Source: Sphyrna mokarran (taxonomy: Eukaryota). From it: a DNA stretch of 64,000 bases. The notes beneath the pieces were generated by a model. It was not told the DNA's origin, did not search any database, and was given only the letters and a program-made list of their open reading frames with translations. Position 1 is the first letter of the stretch, and each line of letters opens with the position of its first letter. The stretch lies in contig JAGIQG010000025.1 of assembly GCA_024679065.1 (NCBI GenBank), positions 21,452,001 to 21,516,000 of the forward strand, read 5' to 3'. The position numbers and the translations under genes were made by a program. Positions 52,041 to 64,000 of this stretch are shown here, piece by piece.

Positions 52041-53226
52041 ACAAGTCAGGTAATGGACCTTGAACATCGTTTAAATATTTAAATGTTGAGGGTGCATGCT
52101 GAATGACTCTGGGCAGTTTGCTGATGAGTGGGCATTGAATGCCAGGTTGCTTTGTCATCAGTTAGATCCTGAGATTTGGAAGGTAATTGAGAGGTTACCA
52201 AGCTTAGCCAGCTATTGTCTTTGGAATGGTGTACGCATTTCTGGTCCACCCGGTTCCACACCTAGGTAGCAAATTCACTGTTCAGGTAATGTCCTTTTAA
52301 CAACCACTAGTTAAGCTGCATGCAGATTATCCCGGCATGGCTGCATTATGGACAGACCTATTCGCAAAGGAGACTACTTATTTGCATATGTTTGTGCAGA
52401 CTGAGCGAACATATAGAATGCTTTCATGTCTATTTTATGCCAGTAAATTGTTAATAATTTCGAAACTTTAAATGCTCACAAATTCTGATCCAGTCTCTAC
52501 GCAATGGCATAATTAGCACCTTCTTGAATATAGTTATAAGGCTACAGCATGAAGAGACTAGATAAATTGTTCTCCTAATTATCTAAAGAAACTGAGTCTC
52601 CCAACATCTTCCAGCGTTGCACTACTGATTATTCACATACACATCCATTCTCATTTCCTGATATCATCTTCAATTCAGTTAAATTTTACTTTATATATGT
52701 TAATCCCTTTCAAGCAAGTACTCTGCATACCTCATGATATATGTATTATTAAGTGCCAGTTGTACTTATATAAATAGTAGGCAGCTATTTCTGGAAGGGA
52801 CGTAATAATTTGCTTACATCGAAGTATGATTTCCCTGCCCTAATGCATGTAATCAAGACACTGGTTACTTCATTCCATTGAATGTGATAATAGGATTAAA
52901 CTACCTGTATGATCAAAATAAGTGTTTAAATAACGAGATTGCCACTGGAGTTATAAAATAGAATGATTAGAAATAATAATATATTTTCAGACATTGTGTC
53001 ATAAAGTAACAATTAAAGTTTATTCCCATAAATTTTTTTCTTCAATTACAAAAATGCATTTAAAAATGTATTTATAATGGTAATAATTTGCAGGAGCTAT
53101 ATTGAATAAAGGGATGGAAATGACAGCTATCATGCACAAGTGTTGGTACAAAACTAACAACAAAGTTATCTCCTAGAAAAAATAAGAACAAAGGTGAATT
53201 TTATGGCTGCTGAACAGAAATTCAAA

Positions 53227-53510
53227 GTAAAGTTTATTAGTCACGAGTAGAGTTACATTAACAATGCAATGAAGTTATGGTGAAATTTCCCTAATTGCCA
53301 CAATCTGGCCCCTGTTCGGGTTAATGACCTAACCAACATGTCTTTCAAACTATGAGAGGAAACCAGAGCATCGAGAGGAAATCCACGTAGGCACAGGGAG
53401 AACGTGCAAACTCCACACAAACCCCACTGGTCATCACTATGCTTCATTGGAATTGACCCAGGTCCCTGGAGCTGTGAGACAGCAGTGTTAACCACTTTGC
53501 TACCGTGTTG
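53227..53510 (-). mobile_element. HE1/V-SINE-like SINE, tail type A
   Basis: Reverse complement of head (cagcagtgttaaccact) and tail (tttattagtcacgagtag..ttacattaac). Confidence 0.88.
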
Positions 53511-54199
53511 CAACCTTTGAAGGTTTTGAAACATTAATATCGATAAGGTCTTTTTCTTTACTGAGAAGTGGGAATCTTTTCCAAACTTTTTCCAGTAATA
53601 ATTCGATTGTCAGAACATGAGGCACTTTGGCTTATCGAAACCAGAGACTACAATAAATCTGCAACCTTGAAAAATTGAAGTGCATTGGAAAATTCTTTTG
53701 CTTTTATGATCACTGGAATGTTTATGTTTATTGTCTTGCAGTCAATTAAATTTCAATTAAGAGGCAAATCATACAAAATGCTGTCAACTCACTTATAAAA
53801 CTATTCTAGATCAATGGGGTTTTAAGGTTAAGGAGATGTAGCTTGGTACAATCTATTCAGATATCTTATGATAATTATAAATCAATCAAAAGAAGATGAA
53901 ACACATTAGTACATTGAGCAGAGTCTGCCTTTCACTCAACAATGGAAGCAGAAAGAACATTGTCAGCTTTGAGCAGGTTGATACATGAAGCAATTCTCTG
54001 TAGGGAAGGGTTTCACTACGGGGAAAGCAAAATGAGCTCATGCAACAAGAGCTCTTTCTATCGACTTGCACATAAAATTATATTCCAGTGTGAATCACTA
54101 CTCAGGGCAGGAGAGACACAGGGAGAAAGATTGGAATTAGGGAGGGGGCAAAGGTGCACTTGAAGTGATAATTTTAATTTAGTACATAATATAGCAACA

Positions 54200-57195
54200 G
54201 AGCTTGAGACACAGCTACATAAAAATCAGAACTGGGAATTAAACAATGCTGGGTATAACTTATTTAGAAAAGATAACAAGGAAAAAGGGGCAATAGAGTA
54301 GTTGTACTTACTACAGGGGTAACATAATGTCAGTAGAAAAAAACAGGCTCAGCTATCAGGAAGACAAACATAAAATCCATAAGGATAGAGATAAAAGATG
54401 ACACAGGATCAGTCACACTAATTGTTGTTGTCTACAGACTACCAAATAATGGAAGAGAGGAGGAGAAAGAAATTTATGGACAGATCAGAAAACTGAGTAA
54501 GAACATGGAATAATGTTAACAGGATTCTTTCCTAACCCAAGATGTAAAATGACAAACAATGGAATAGTTGCTATTGAATCTAGTAATGAGGAATGAATCT
54601 GAACAGATAAGAGAAGTATAAGTAGGGGAACATCTAGGCAACAATGACATAATATAATACACTTTAAGATGATAATAGAGAAGGACATTAAGTTGATGAA
54701 AACCAAGTTAACAGGTTTTAAGTACATAGACAATAGGGATGTGCGTGATAAGAGTGAATATGAAGGTATTAGGGGAGAGATTAAACTTAGAAAGGCAAAG
54801 AGGAAGTATGAAATAAAATTATTAAGAAACATAAAGAAAAATAGTAAAATATTTCACAGGCACACCAATTTTTAAAAAGGTATGCTATGATGGGAACAGG
54901 GATGGACAGGATAACCCCACAGCTAACGACAGAAAGATTGCAGAAATATTAAATAATTGTTTTGCTTCACAATTTACAAGGAAGATGAAACAGGTAGACA
55001 TGACATTAAATGATGAGATGGCTAACGAAATAAGAACATTTAAAATAAAAAAAAGGATTTATTGAATATACCAATTAAATTCAAAGAGGATAGAACTCCT
55101 GGTCCTCATGGTTTACATTCACATATTTTTAAAGAACCTAGGGAAGAGACAGCAGAAGTCTTATGGTACATATTTAATAATTTCTTGGAAAAAAAAGTGG
55201 GATGCCAAATGACTGGTAGAGAGCTAATGTAATTACTACATTTATAAGGAGGGAGGCAGAACATGCCCCAGTAATTATAAACGAGTCAGTGTAATTTCAG
55301 TGTCTGAAAAGTAATGGAATTTTTGTTAAAGAAGGGAATAGAAAAACATTTAGAAATGGTAAATATTATGATACATAGCAGCGCATTCTGTAAAAATCTT
55401 GCTTGATCAACTTACTGAATTTTGTGAAGAAGTAACAGAGAGAGTTACAATGATAATGCAGTAAGTTACCTTCAATATAGCATCCATTAATAGACTAATG
55501 AATAATGTGTAACCAGGAGCAAGTTGAAAAAGGATTCGGCACTCAACAGAGATCTTATATAATATATATTTGAGAAGGTACTCTGTGTAGAAATCAGGGG
55601 AATCTTGGCTGTGATTCCCTCATTGTGACCCGCTACTTTTCTGTTGGGTCACGATGGGAGACGTGCATTTCCGGCCTTGAACAGAGATCTGTGCATGTGC
55701 TGGGAGTGCATGTGTATCTCCCAGAACAGGCAAACAATCATCAGTCAGACTATGCTGGAAACCGGCGGGAAGGTAGGTAAGTCATTTAAATCTTTTCTGC
55801 ATGTATTTTAAATCTGTATAGTTGTCCATTATCAGGACCTGACTGAACTCCCACCCCGCCAGGAGTACTTCATTCCAGTGGGGTTCAGACTAGCACTTCA
55901 CATTTGGGGAACTAGCAGGAGACCCCACCTGAATGAAAGGGGGGGCAATCAGGGGGCCTGACCCCAGGGGTCAGGCAGTGGGGGTGGTGGTGCCCCTTAG
56001 GCAGTGCCCCTGGCACTGCCCAAGAGTCAAAGTGCCCATGCCCAGGAAGCACCTTGGGACTGCTCACTGGGCATCAATCAAAGGTGAGTGCCTATGGGGG
56101 CAGGGCCTAGGGGCAATCGGTGGGGTGTCCTGCTGCCACTCTGCAGATAGGACCGGTCTGGGATGGAGTGAGGGCAGCGATTGGGGCAGGCTGGAGGGGG
56201 CTGCCTCCAGCGGGGAGCTGACACCAGGGGGAAGTGGTCATGGGGAGGGAGGAGGGGGGGGCGGCTGGGGTGATGGGGTTGAGGGAATCACCACTGCTGG
56301 GGGGGTAAGGCCTGGACATTGGGGCGCTCAGGAGTGGGAGAATCAGGGCTGGCCGGGGAATTGCTGTAGAGGCCAGTAAACGGGGGTAGTGGGAAAGCCA
56401 GCGATCAGGAAGCTAGCGACTGGGAGACCAGTGTGCATGCACTGATCTTCGCACTGACAAATTGGCACATGTGCGGTGGCCTGCTCAGTGCTGTGCTGCC
56501 GGCCTCTCAGGCAGAATAGGCCTTGCCCTCTGCTTTTCAGAGTGAATCCCGCTGAGGCACTCTGCATTGCCCAAAGTGTTGGAGATCATTCAGGTAAGTA
56601 TGCCCAAAAAATGGGCAGGAAATACTCCATTTTCCCATCTATTGGGCACTTAGATTTGTTTTGGGTGAATCCAAGCCATTATGTTATGCATCAAAACTTA
56701 GTTAGACCACACTTGCATACTTATTTGGTAACCATATCATTAAAAACCTTATGCATTTGATAGGATGTAGAGATAATTTATAAGAATGGTACCAAAAATT
56801 TGTAGATAGATACATTAGAAAAGTATGAACAAACTAGTCACTTTTCCTCTTGTAAAATGAAGGTCTTTTGAATTATGAAAGATTTGATTGTGTAGATACA
56901 GGAAGAACGTTTCCACTTACAGGGAAGAACATAACTAGAGGTAATCAATATAAAATAATCATCAAGAAAACCAGTAATTATTCAGAAGACTGGTGAGAAC
57001 ATGGAACTTGCGACCATAGACTGTTTGAAGTGAATAATAGAAACACATTTAAGAATTAGAAGGCGGACAAACATATGGGAGAATGAAAGAGGGTTATAAT
57101 GATGGGAAAGGTGGGAGAGGCTTGAATGGAGCATAAATGCCGACAGGAACTGGTTAGGCTGTATGGCATGTTTTTGTGTGCCACACGCCCTTTGT
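54200..57195 (+). mobile_element. Old, AT-rich CR1 LINE with deletions, interrupted at 55607-56677
   Basis: TLIVVVYRLPN (endonuclease VYRPP), KLRKAKRKYE..IKKNSKIF, TPGPHG, NYKRVSV, LVRPHL motifs in order; tail actggttaggctgtatggcatgttt. Confidence 0.75.
55607..56677. mobile_element. GC-rich putative non-autonomous DNA transposon
   Basis: Abrupt GC-rich 1.07-kb insert in an AT-rich CR1; imperfect terminal inverted repeats ggctgtgattccc / gggtgaatccaagcc; no transposase ORF. Confidence 0.55.
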
Positions 57196-57902
57196 AACTT
57201 CCTGTATATGTGGGAAGATAAATTCAGGTGAAAACTTCAGTTAGCCAAAATTAAAGAGCAATGAAGTATTTTACAAATTCCATTATAATTTTTCAGTCCA
57301 AAGCAAAAAGAAATCGTAAACCTTGATATTGAAAATTAATGGCTATATAGTTAAATACACAGGTTTGCTTTGTTGAATAATTTATTTTTAGCCAGATCAT
57401 AAATCAGTCAAATTTGTACTCTGAATATATTTTACTATGTAAAATGTATACGTTTTGACCTATTTTGTGTGTGACTTTGAAAAATGTTTGCACTCTATTC
57501 TGAATAGATTTAGCTCTGAAATGCAGTATTAAGCTATTTAGATAAGGCAAAAGTAGATTTATATCACAGATAACAATTTTTTTTCAAAATTTACTATTTT
57601 CAGCCAAATCTAAACCCAAACCACATGCAGAAAAGTGGATTTGCTTGAACTTGATCCTTTTGCACTATTTCCAATGTTAACATCCAAGGTTCTGCAGGCT
57701 GGTGAAATGCCTGCTTAAAGCCTGTGCAAGTATTGGGTTCCTATTTTGTCAAAAAGAGTTTTTAATTATGGCCAGAGTGGGGAGCCTGCCATGGTGTTCC
57801 CTGCAGGCCAAAGCAAATTTGCTGGCAGAATAGCTTTCAAACATAAACATAAAACTTTCCTTTGTGGGCCAGCAGATGTAAAAGTGCTTCCTTGTTTCTA
57901 AG

Positions 57903-58472
57903 TAGAAACATTGAAACTAGAAGCAGGAATAGGCCAATCAACCCTTTGAATCTGCTCTGTCATTCATTTTGATTGTGGTTGATCATCAAATTCAATGTCC
58001 TGATCCCATCTACCAGCCCCATAACTCTAATCTCTCTAGCCCCAAGAGTTATATTGAATTTCTTTATGAAATTAGACAATGTTTTGGCCCCAACTACATT
58101 TTGTGGTAGTAAATTCACAGATTCACCACTCTTTGGATGAAGAAATTTCTCCTCATCTCAGTCCTAAAAGGTTAACCGCTTACTCTCAAGTAATGACGCC
58201 TAGTTCTTGACTCCCCCACCATCAGGAACATTCTTTCTGAATCTACTGTCTGATCCTGTTAGAATTTTATAATTTTCTCAAAAAAATTATAATTATATTT
58301 CTGATTTTTATGCTTCAACAATTGCAAATTTATCTTTCTATTTTTTTCACAAATGTCCCCTTTCCGTTAGAAATGACAGTTGCCTATTGAACATCTTTCC
58401 ATGACATGCCCTCTCACACTTTAAACTCCAGTGAATATAATCCTAACTAATTTAGTTTCTCCTTATATGACA
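57903..58472 (-). mobile_element. CR1 3' fragment interrupted by foreign DNA at ~58280-58405
   Basis: actagaagcaggaataggccaatcaaccctttg tail; cacagattcaccactctttggatgaagaaattt; resumes at ccctctcacactttaaactccagtgaatataatcctaac. Confidence 0.8.
58290..58403 (+). repeat. 114-bp direct repeat, copy 1 (copy 2 at 61938-62051)
   Basis: taattatatttctgatttttatgcttcaacaattgc...gaacatctttccatg occurs twice, with one substitution and two 1-bp indels. Confidence 0.95.
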
Positions 58473-58671
58473 TGGCTGACCAACAAGCTTTCCCTCAATG
58501 CTAGTCAGCCAGCCTCTCAATGTCCGTTTGTTGTTTCCTGCCTGGAGACCAGCTGTTGCTCTCTGCCTGTTTTTGGAGCGCAGCTGACCAGTGGTTTGAA
58601 GGCTATCCTCTCACCTTTGCATTTGCTCTGTCTACCAGCTTAGCCAAAATCCACTACAGGTTCATCAAAAT

Positions 58672-58970
58672 AGGGTGGCACAGTGGTATAATGGTTAGCT
58701 ATGCAGCCTCACAGTACTGGGGACATGGGTTCAATTTCCGGCTGTGTGGAATCTGCACGTTCTCCCCGTGTCTATGTGGGTTTCTTCTGGGTATTCTGGT
58801 TTCCTCCCACAGTCCGTAAGGCATAGTGGTTAGGTGCATTGGCCTCACTAAATTCTCCTGCAGTGTACATGAACAGGCCCTAGAGTGTGGCGGCTAAAGG
58901 ATTTTCATAGTAACTTCACTGCAGTGTTAATGTAAGCCTACTTGTGACACTAATAAACTTAAATAAACTT
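58672..58970 (+). mobile_element. HE1/V-SINE-like SINE, tail type A
   Basis: gggtggcacagtggtataatggttagc head; cttgtgacactaataaacttaaataaac tail. Confidence 0.9.
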
Positions 58971-59088
58971 GAAGTTAAATTGGGGTTTATTTAAAGAATA
59001 ACAAATTAAGCTTTGAAAATATTTCTGTGAATCTGGGTATAATATTATTTACAATATGATACAATGTAAATAATAGTAACCTTACCAA

Positions 59089-59225
59089 ATTAGCACTGCT
59101 ACCTCACAGCACCAAGGACCCAGGTTCAATTCCAGCCTCTGGTCACTGTCTTTATGGAGTTTGAACATCCACCCCATGTCTGTGCAGGTTTGCTCTGGGT
59201 GCTCAGGTTTCCTCACATATTCAAA
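59089..59225 (+). mobile_element. 5' half of an HE1-like SINE split by a CR1 insertion (3' half at 61783-61932)
   Basis: Stops at ggtttcctcacatattcaaa; the consensus continuation atgtgtgg.ttagattgactggccatgc resumes at 61783. Confidence 0.8.
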
Positions 59226-61782
59226 CATTGAGGGTAAGGCCACGCTAGGCACATGGGACTCTTTCAAGGGAATACTGAAAATGTTGCAAGATAGATATGT
59301 GCCGGCAAGAGGAAAGATGGGAAAGATAGGATTAGAGAGCCGTGGATTACTAGGGATATTGAGGGACTTGGTTAGGAAGAAAAGAGAGGCTTATGATAGG
59401 TCGAAGCAGCTGGGAATGGAGACAGCGTTGGAGGAATATAGAGCGAGTAGGAGGGAGCTCAAACAGGGAGTTAGAAGGGCAAAAAGGGGGCATGAAATGA
59501 TTTTGGTGGATAGGATTAAGGAAAATCCAAAGGCTTTTTACTCCTATGTTAGGAATAAAAGGGTGGTTAGAGGAAAAATCGGACCTCTTAGGGACAGAGG
59601 AGGGGAACTGTGCTTAGAGCCCGAGGGAATGGCAGAGATCCTGAATGAATACTTTGCGTCGGTATTCACGAAGGAGGGGGGCTTGTTGACAGCTCCTGTC
59701 TCTGAGGGAGCTGTGGACCAGTTGAGGGAAATATCCATACCGAGGGAGGAAATATTAGAGCTTCTAGGTAGCATTAAAACTAATAAATCTCTGGGGCCTG
59801 ATGGCATTTATCCCAGGCTGCTTAGGGAGGTGCGAGGTGAAATTGCTGGGTCTCTGATGCAAATCTTTGTTTCTTCTTTGGACACAGGTGAGGTCCCAGA
59901 GGACTGGAGAATAGCTAATGTTGTACTGTTGTTTAAAAAGGATAGTAGGGATAACCCGGGGAATTATAGGCTGATGGTAGGGAAGCTGGTGGAAGGGATT
60001 CTTAGAGACAGGATGTATAGGCACTTAGAGCGTTGTGATCTGATTAGGGATACGCAGCATGGATTTGTTAAGGGGAGTTCATGCCTTACAAATCTGGTAG
60101 AATTTTTTGAGGAGGTGACGAAAACGGTGGACGAAGGGCGAACTGTTGATGTCGTCTACATGGATTTTAGTAAGGCATTTGACAAAGTCCCTCATGGGAG
60201 GTTAGTTGAGAAAGTCAAGGCTCATGGGATACAAGGACAGGTAGCTAGATGGATAAGTAACTGGCTTAGTAATAGGAGACAGAGAGTAATAGTGGAAGGG
60301 TGTTTTTCTAGCTGAAGGTCGGTCACTAGTGGTGTGCCGCAGGGCTCGGTCCTGGGACCTCTTCTATTTGTAATATATATAAATAACTTGGAAGAGGGAG
60401 TAAGTGGAGTGATCAGCAAGTTTGCAGACGATACAAAGATGGCTGGACTTGTGGATACTGAGGAGCATTGTCAGGCGATGCAGCATGGCATAGGTAGGCT
60501 GGTAGCTTAGGCAGATAGATTGCAGATGGAATTCAATCCTGATAAATGTGAGGTGATGCATTTTGGGAGAAAGAATTTAGAGGGGAGGTATATGATAAAG
60601 GGTAGACCTATTAAGAGTATAGAAATGCAGAGGGACATGGGGGGTGCAGGTGGACAAGTCTCTGAAGGTGGCAGAGCAAGTGGAGAAGGTTGTGAAGAAA
60701 GCATATAGTATGCTAGCTTTTATAGGAAAGGGTATAGCGTACAAGAGCTGGCCTTTAAAGTTGCAGTTGTATAAAACGTTGGTTAGACCTCATTTGGAAT
60801 ACTGCGTCCAGTTCTGGTCGCCTTACTACTGGAAGGATGTGGAGACTCTGGAGAGAGTGCAGAGGAGGTTTACCAGGATGCTGGTATGGAAAGTCTGAGT
60901 TATGAGGAGAGGTTAGGCAAATTGGATCTGTTTTCCTTAGAAAGACGTAGACTTAGAGGAGATCTAATAGAGGTGTACAAGATTATGAGGGGTATGGATA
61001 GAGTAAACAGGGCTAAGCTTTTTCCTAGGATGGACTTGAATAGCACGAGGGGTCACGGGCTTAGGGTGAGGGGGGGTAAGGTATAATTTGGATGCTAAAG
61101 GGAGTTTTTTCACACAGAGGGTGGTGGGGCTTTGGAATGCGCTGCCAAGTAAAGTGGTGGAGGCAGGCACGCTGGAGTTATTTAAGAAATACTTAGATGG
61201 GCACATGAACAGAATGGGAATGGAGGGGTATAGAAAACTGATTTAAAATAGGGATCATGAGCCTTGGGAGTCCCGGGGAAGTGTGTAAATAGATGATGAT
61301 ATTGATGTACTTGTTTTTATCCTACAGGTGCTCTGGTCCACCTTGTTGTCTAATGAGGGGCGTACACGCGATGGGTCGTGAGAGGGCTGCTGTTGGATTT
61401 TTTTTTCAAGAGTATCCTAGTGCTTCACGTCGTTAGTATACGCTTGACCTGGACCATTTGATGGGCAACACGACAGCTCAGTGACTATCGCTGTGCTGTG
61501 CAGATACATGGATTTGGGCCTGTGTCTGTGGGAGTTTGCGCATTCTCCCCGTGCTTGCGTGGGTTTTCTCCGGGTTCTCCGGTTTCCTCCCACATCCCAA
61601 AGATGTGCTCTTAGGCTAATTGGCAAAACAAATTCTCCCTAAATTTTCTCAAATTTGGTTTTTAATCCATAGATCTATAAACATAGACAGTGATCACGGG
61701 TAGAGGTGGGAACACTGGGGTGGCGGGGCGGGCTCGTTGGGCCGAAGGGCCTGTTTCCCGTGCTGTTTTGCTCTTTCTTCTT
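59226..61782 (+). mobile_element. Relatively young 5'-truncated CR1 LINE (RT pseudogene plus composite 3' UTR)
   Basis: Long open frame to 60315 (GPDGIYPR, QHGFVKG, DVVYMDFSKAFDKV), TGA in place of W before GVPQGS, FADD at 60421-60432, later frameshifts, tail gggccgaagggcctgtttcc...ttcttctt; endonuclease absent. Confidence 0.95.
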
Positions 61783-61932
61783 ATGTGTGGTTTAGATTGA
61801 CTGGCCATGCAAAATTGCCCCTTATTGTCAGGAGAATTAGCAGGTAAATAGATGGGGTTACGGGGATAGGGTCTGCATGGAATTATTGTTGGTATAGGCT
61901 CGATGTGCCAAATACTCTCCTTCTGAATTGTA
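61783..61932 (+). mobile_element. 3' half of the split HE1-like SINE (tail type B)
   Basis: aaattgccccttattgtcagg...ggggttacggggataggg...ggctcgatg...ctccttctg. Confidence 0.8.
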
Positions 61933-61937
61933 TATTT

Positions 61938-62051
61938 TAATTATATTTCTGATTTTTATGCTTCAACAATTGCAAATTTATCTTTCTATTTTTTCACAAA
62001 TCTCCCCTTTCCGTTAGAAATGACAGTTGCCTTATTGAACATCTTTCCATG
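61938..62051 (+). repeat. 114-bp direct repeat, copy 2
   Basis: See 58290-58403. Confidence 0.95.
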
Positions 62052-62689
62052 GGTACTGAATGTTGTATAAATGGTCTTCAGTCACATGCAAATGGAATTA
62101 TGGCTGAGTCCAACCCTATCCTCACCCATATAATTTCAGCAGGGTTTTCTGGATGGTGTTCAGCAGTAGCGACTGTTCAATTTGCTCTTTTATGACTGAA
62201 GGCCAATTCTATGGTTACAATCAGACGACTCAACACAAATCAATTACTGCACTTGGAACCTTCCTGATTTGCATGGTCTAGCTACCCTTCAGATAAATGC
62301 ATTAGGAAAATTAGATCTTTCTATCTGTGACAATGAAGTAACTGATATTATTCTCACTAGCATGGAAGTTTTCATGTTTCACACTTTCCCTTCCGTCAGA
62401 TCTGGCACTGAATCCAAGTTCAATTATGCCTGCTGTTGTGTTATCTCTTGAAAAAAATCTCAGCACTTTGGCTGTCATGATCAGTCTGAAGCATTCAGAG
62501 CCAATTTCATGTTTGATTGTAAACTTTGTATATCCACTATAAGAGCTATTAAATGCAATATTATTCAAAAAATGTATTATTTGCTTCCTTCTGCCTTTCC
62601 CAAAGGACAAGATGCACTAAACCGGAGATTACAGCTATATTAGTTCAATATTGATAGCCTGAAAAATGCACAGGCCTATTGCAAAGTAA

Positions 62690-64000
62690 GCAATGGATGA
62701 TTGTCTATCAAGACTGAAGGTAATAAATAAAAACCCACCACAAGTTTATGAAAGGAAGTAGTTATTGCCATTGTTAGAATTTTCTGAGGAAAAATTTGAG
62801 TTTGTGGGAAAAGGTATTACAGTAGAAGTGGCTTCCATCAAAACTATAGATATAAAACTGTAGTAAAGGAATCAAAAGAGATATTGTAACATGGATAGAG
62901 AGCTTGCTTAGCAACAGAAAACAGCAGGAAATTTTGAAGAATAATTGTTTACATTCGGACTCCTTAAAGCGCTAAGTCTATAGTGTTTACATTAATTAAC
63001 CCAACAGTACATTTTTAAAGTTTAAATTTGCAGAAGATGCTCATTTATCTAGAAAGGATAAATATACTCAAAGGCTAGATATTAACTGAGGGATTAATAA
63101 ATGCTTATTATCTGATAATAATCAGATCTTATTATCTGATAATAAATGCCTATTATCTGAAGTATTAATTACATTCTGTGCTGGCAACATGAAACAAGTG
63201 CTTAAAAAAAGTACCATCAGGCATTGAGGGGCAGAACTATTACTTGATTTGATGTGCTAGTTGAATAATCGTAAAAAAAAGATGCAAAATGTAAGGCTGG
63301 AAATATAAAAGCAAACTAGGATGTGTTACCAAAGGTGTAAGTTATATATCACAAAAATGAATAATGAGAATTAATGATTCATCAATCAATCACTGCTTGG
63401 AGCATCACATTTTTTTCTCTTTCAAGCTGTTCCCAATATTATCTTTTACTCTCATTTTTTGCTTCTAAAACTTAATTCCAACTCTTTTAATCTGTCTCAC
63501 AATGATGACTTGACAATGAGTACATTCTTAGTCTCTCGTTTCCTTCTCTACAAACAGTATGCTTTGTCTGTATAGCACGCAAGAAACAATACTTTTCACT
63601 ACATACTAATACATGTGACGATAATAAATCAAATCAAATCAAAATATCCAATTATGGTCACCACATCTCAAAAAAAGTATGGGAAACAGAGTTGGATATG
63701 CAACAATGTGGAGAGGAAACATAAAGATCATGCCTGGATTAAACTCTAGCTGTGAGGAGAGGAACAATGTATTATGATCATACAACTAGAAGCTAAATAT
63801 CCCACTTTAAGATTATCAACAATTAGAACAAAGTGGCAACAAATCCAGTGTTCCAACGTTTATAAGTTTAGGACACACAATACTTGACATTTGTAAATGA
63901 ATAGTTCTTAATTGGAGAGGCAAGTAAATAGCTGTGCCTTGGTGTTGGCACAATGGAGACAACAGTAATATTATCTGTATACATGACAAACTCAGAATAT
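62690..64000 (+). mobile_element. Very old CR1-like fragments with later insertions
   Basis: Decayed LLEFSEE, W..NRKQ and KFAED motifs; ccaattatggtcaccacat (cf. VQFWSPH). Confidence 0.45.
63518..63643 (+). mobile_element. Rex1/Babar-like LINE 3' tail
   Basis: gtatgctttgtctgtatagcacgcaagaaacaatacttttcact...ataataaatcaaatcaaatcaaa. Confidence 0.72.

Noticed and set aside
55933-56379. 148-aa Gly-rich ORF
   Set aside because: Lies within the G-rich transposon-like insert; low complexity
677-59225. tRNA genes
   Set aside because: All A/B-box matches are SINE heads that run into SINE bodies; no complete cloverleaf seen
59161-60315. 384-aa RT ORF as an active or domesticated gene
   Set aside because: Starts at a TTG inside a SINE, lacks the endonuclease, has a deletion at NYR(PVSLTS), stops before the catalytic FADD and is frameshifted downstream
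1-64000. CRISPR arrays, operons or other prokaryotic systems
   Set aside because: Sequence is vertebrate (spliceosomal introns, SINEs and LINEs); no regularly spaced repeat-spacer array seen

Overview
Eukaryotic, AT-rich genomic DNA, almost certainly from a shark or other cartilaginous fish, judged by the HE1/V-SINE-like SINEs and the CR1, L2, Rex1, Tx1 and Penelope relics. The only host gene I can support is a LIM-homeobox gene on the minus strand, best called Lhx2. Its coding exons 1-4 lie at 20101-19904, 18387-18185, 15570-15212 and 3762-3557, with GT-AG junctions and matching phases 0/2/1/0. The last exon (homeodomain helix 3 WFQN plus C-terminus) was not found and presumably lies left of base 1. 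About 44 kb of upstream DNA follows. A CpG-retaining, transposon-poor domain of about 33 kb (~9.8-43.3 kb) covers the 5' half of the gene and its upstream region, and is flanked by CpG-depleted, repeat-dense DNA. I found no convincing wholly new biological system. The best leads are: a candidate distal TATA/DR1 promoter with a phase-0 donor about 14.6 kb upstream; an Lhx9-type N-terminal extension on this Lhx2; a young CR1 LINE carrying a V-SINE core in its 3' UTR; a 114-bp locally templated insertion; and a Penelope insertion with a 12-bp TSD and a decayed hammerhead ribozyme. Repeat boundaries are approximate and family names come from motif recognition by eye, not from database searches.
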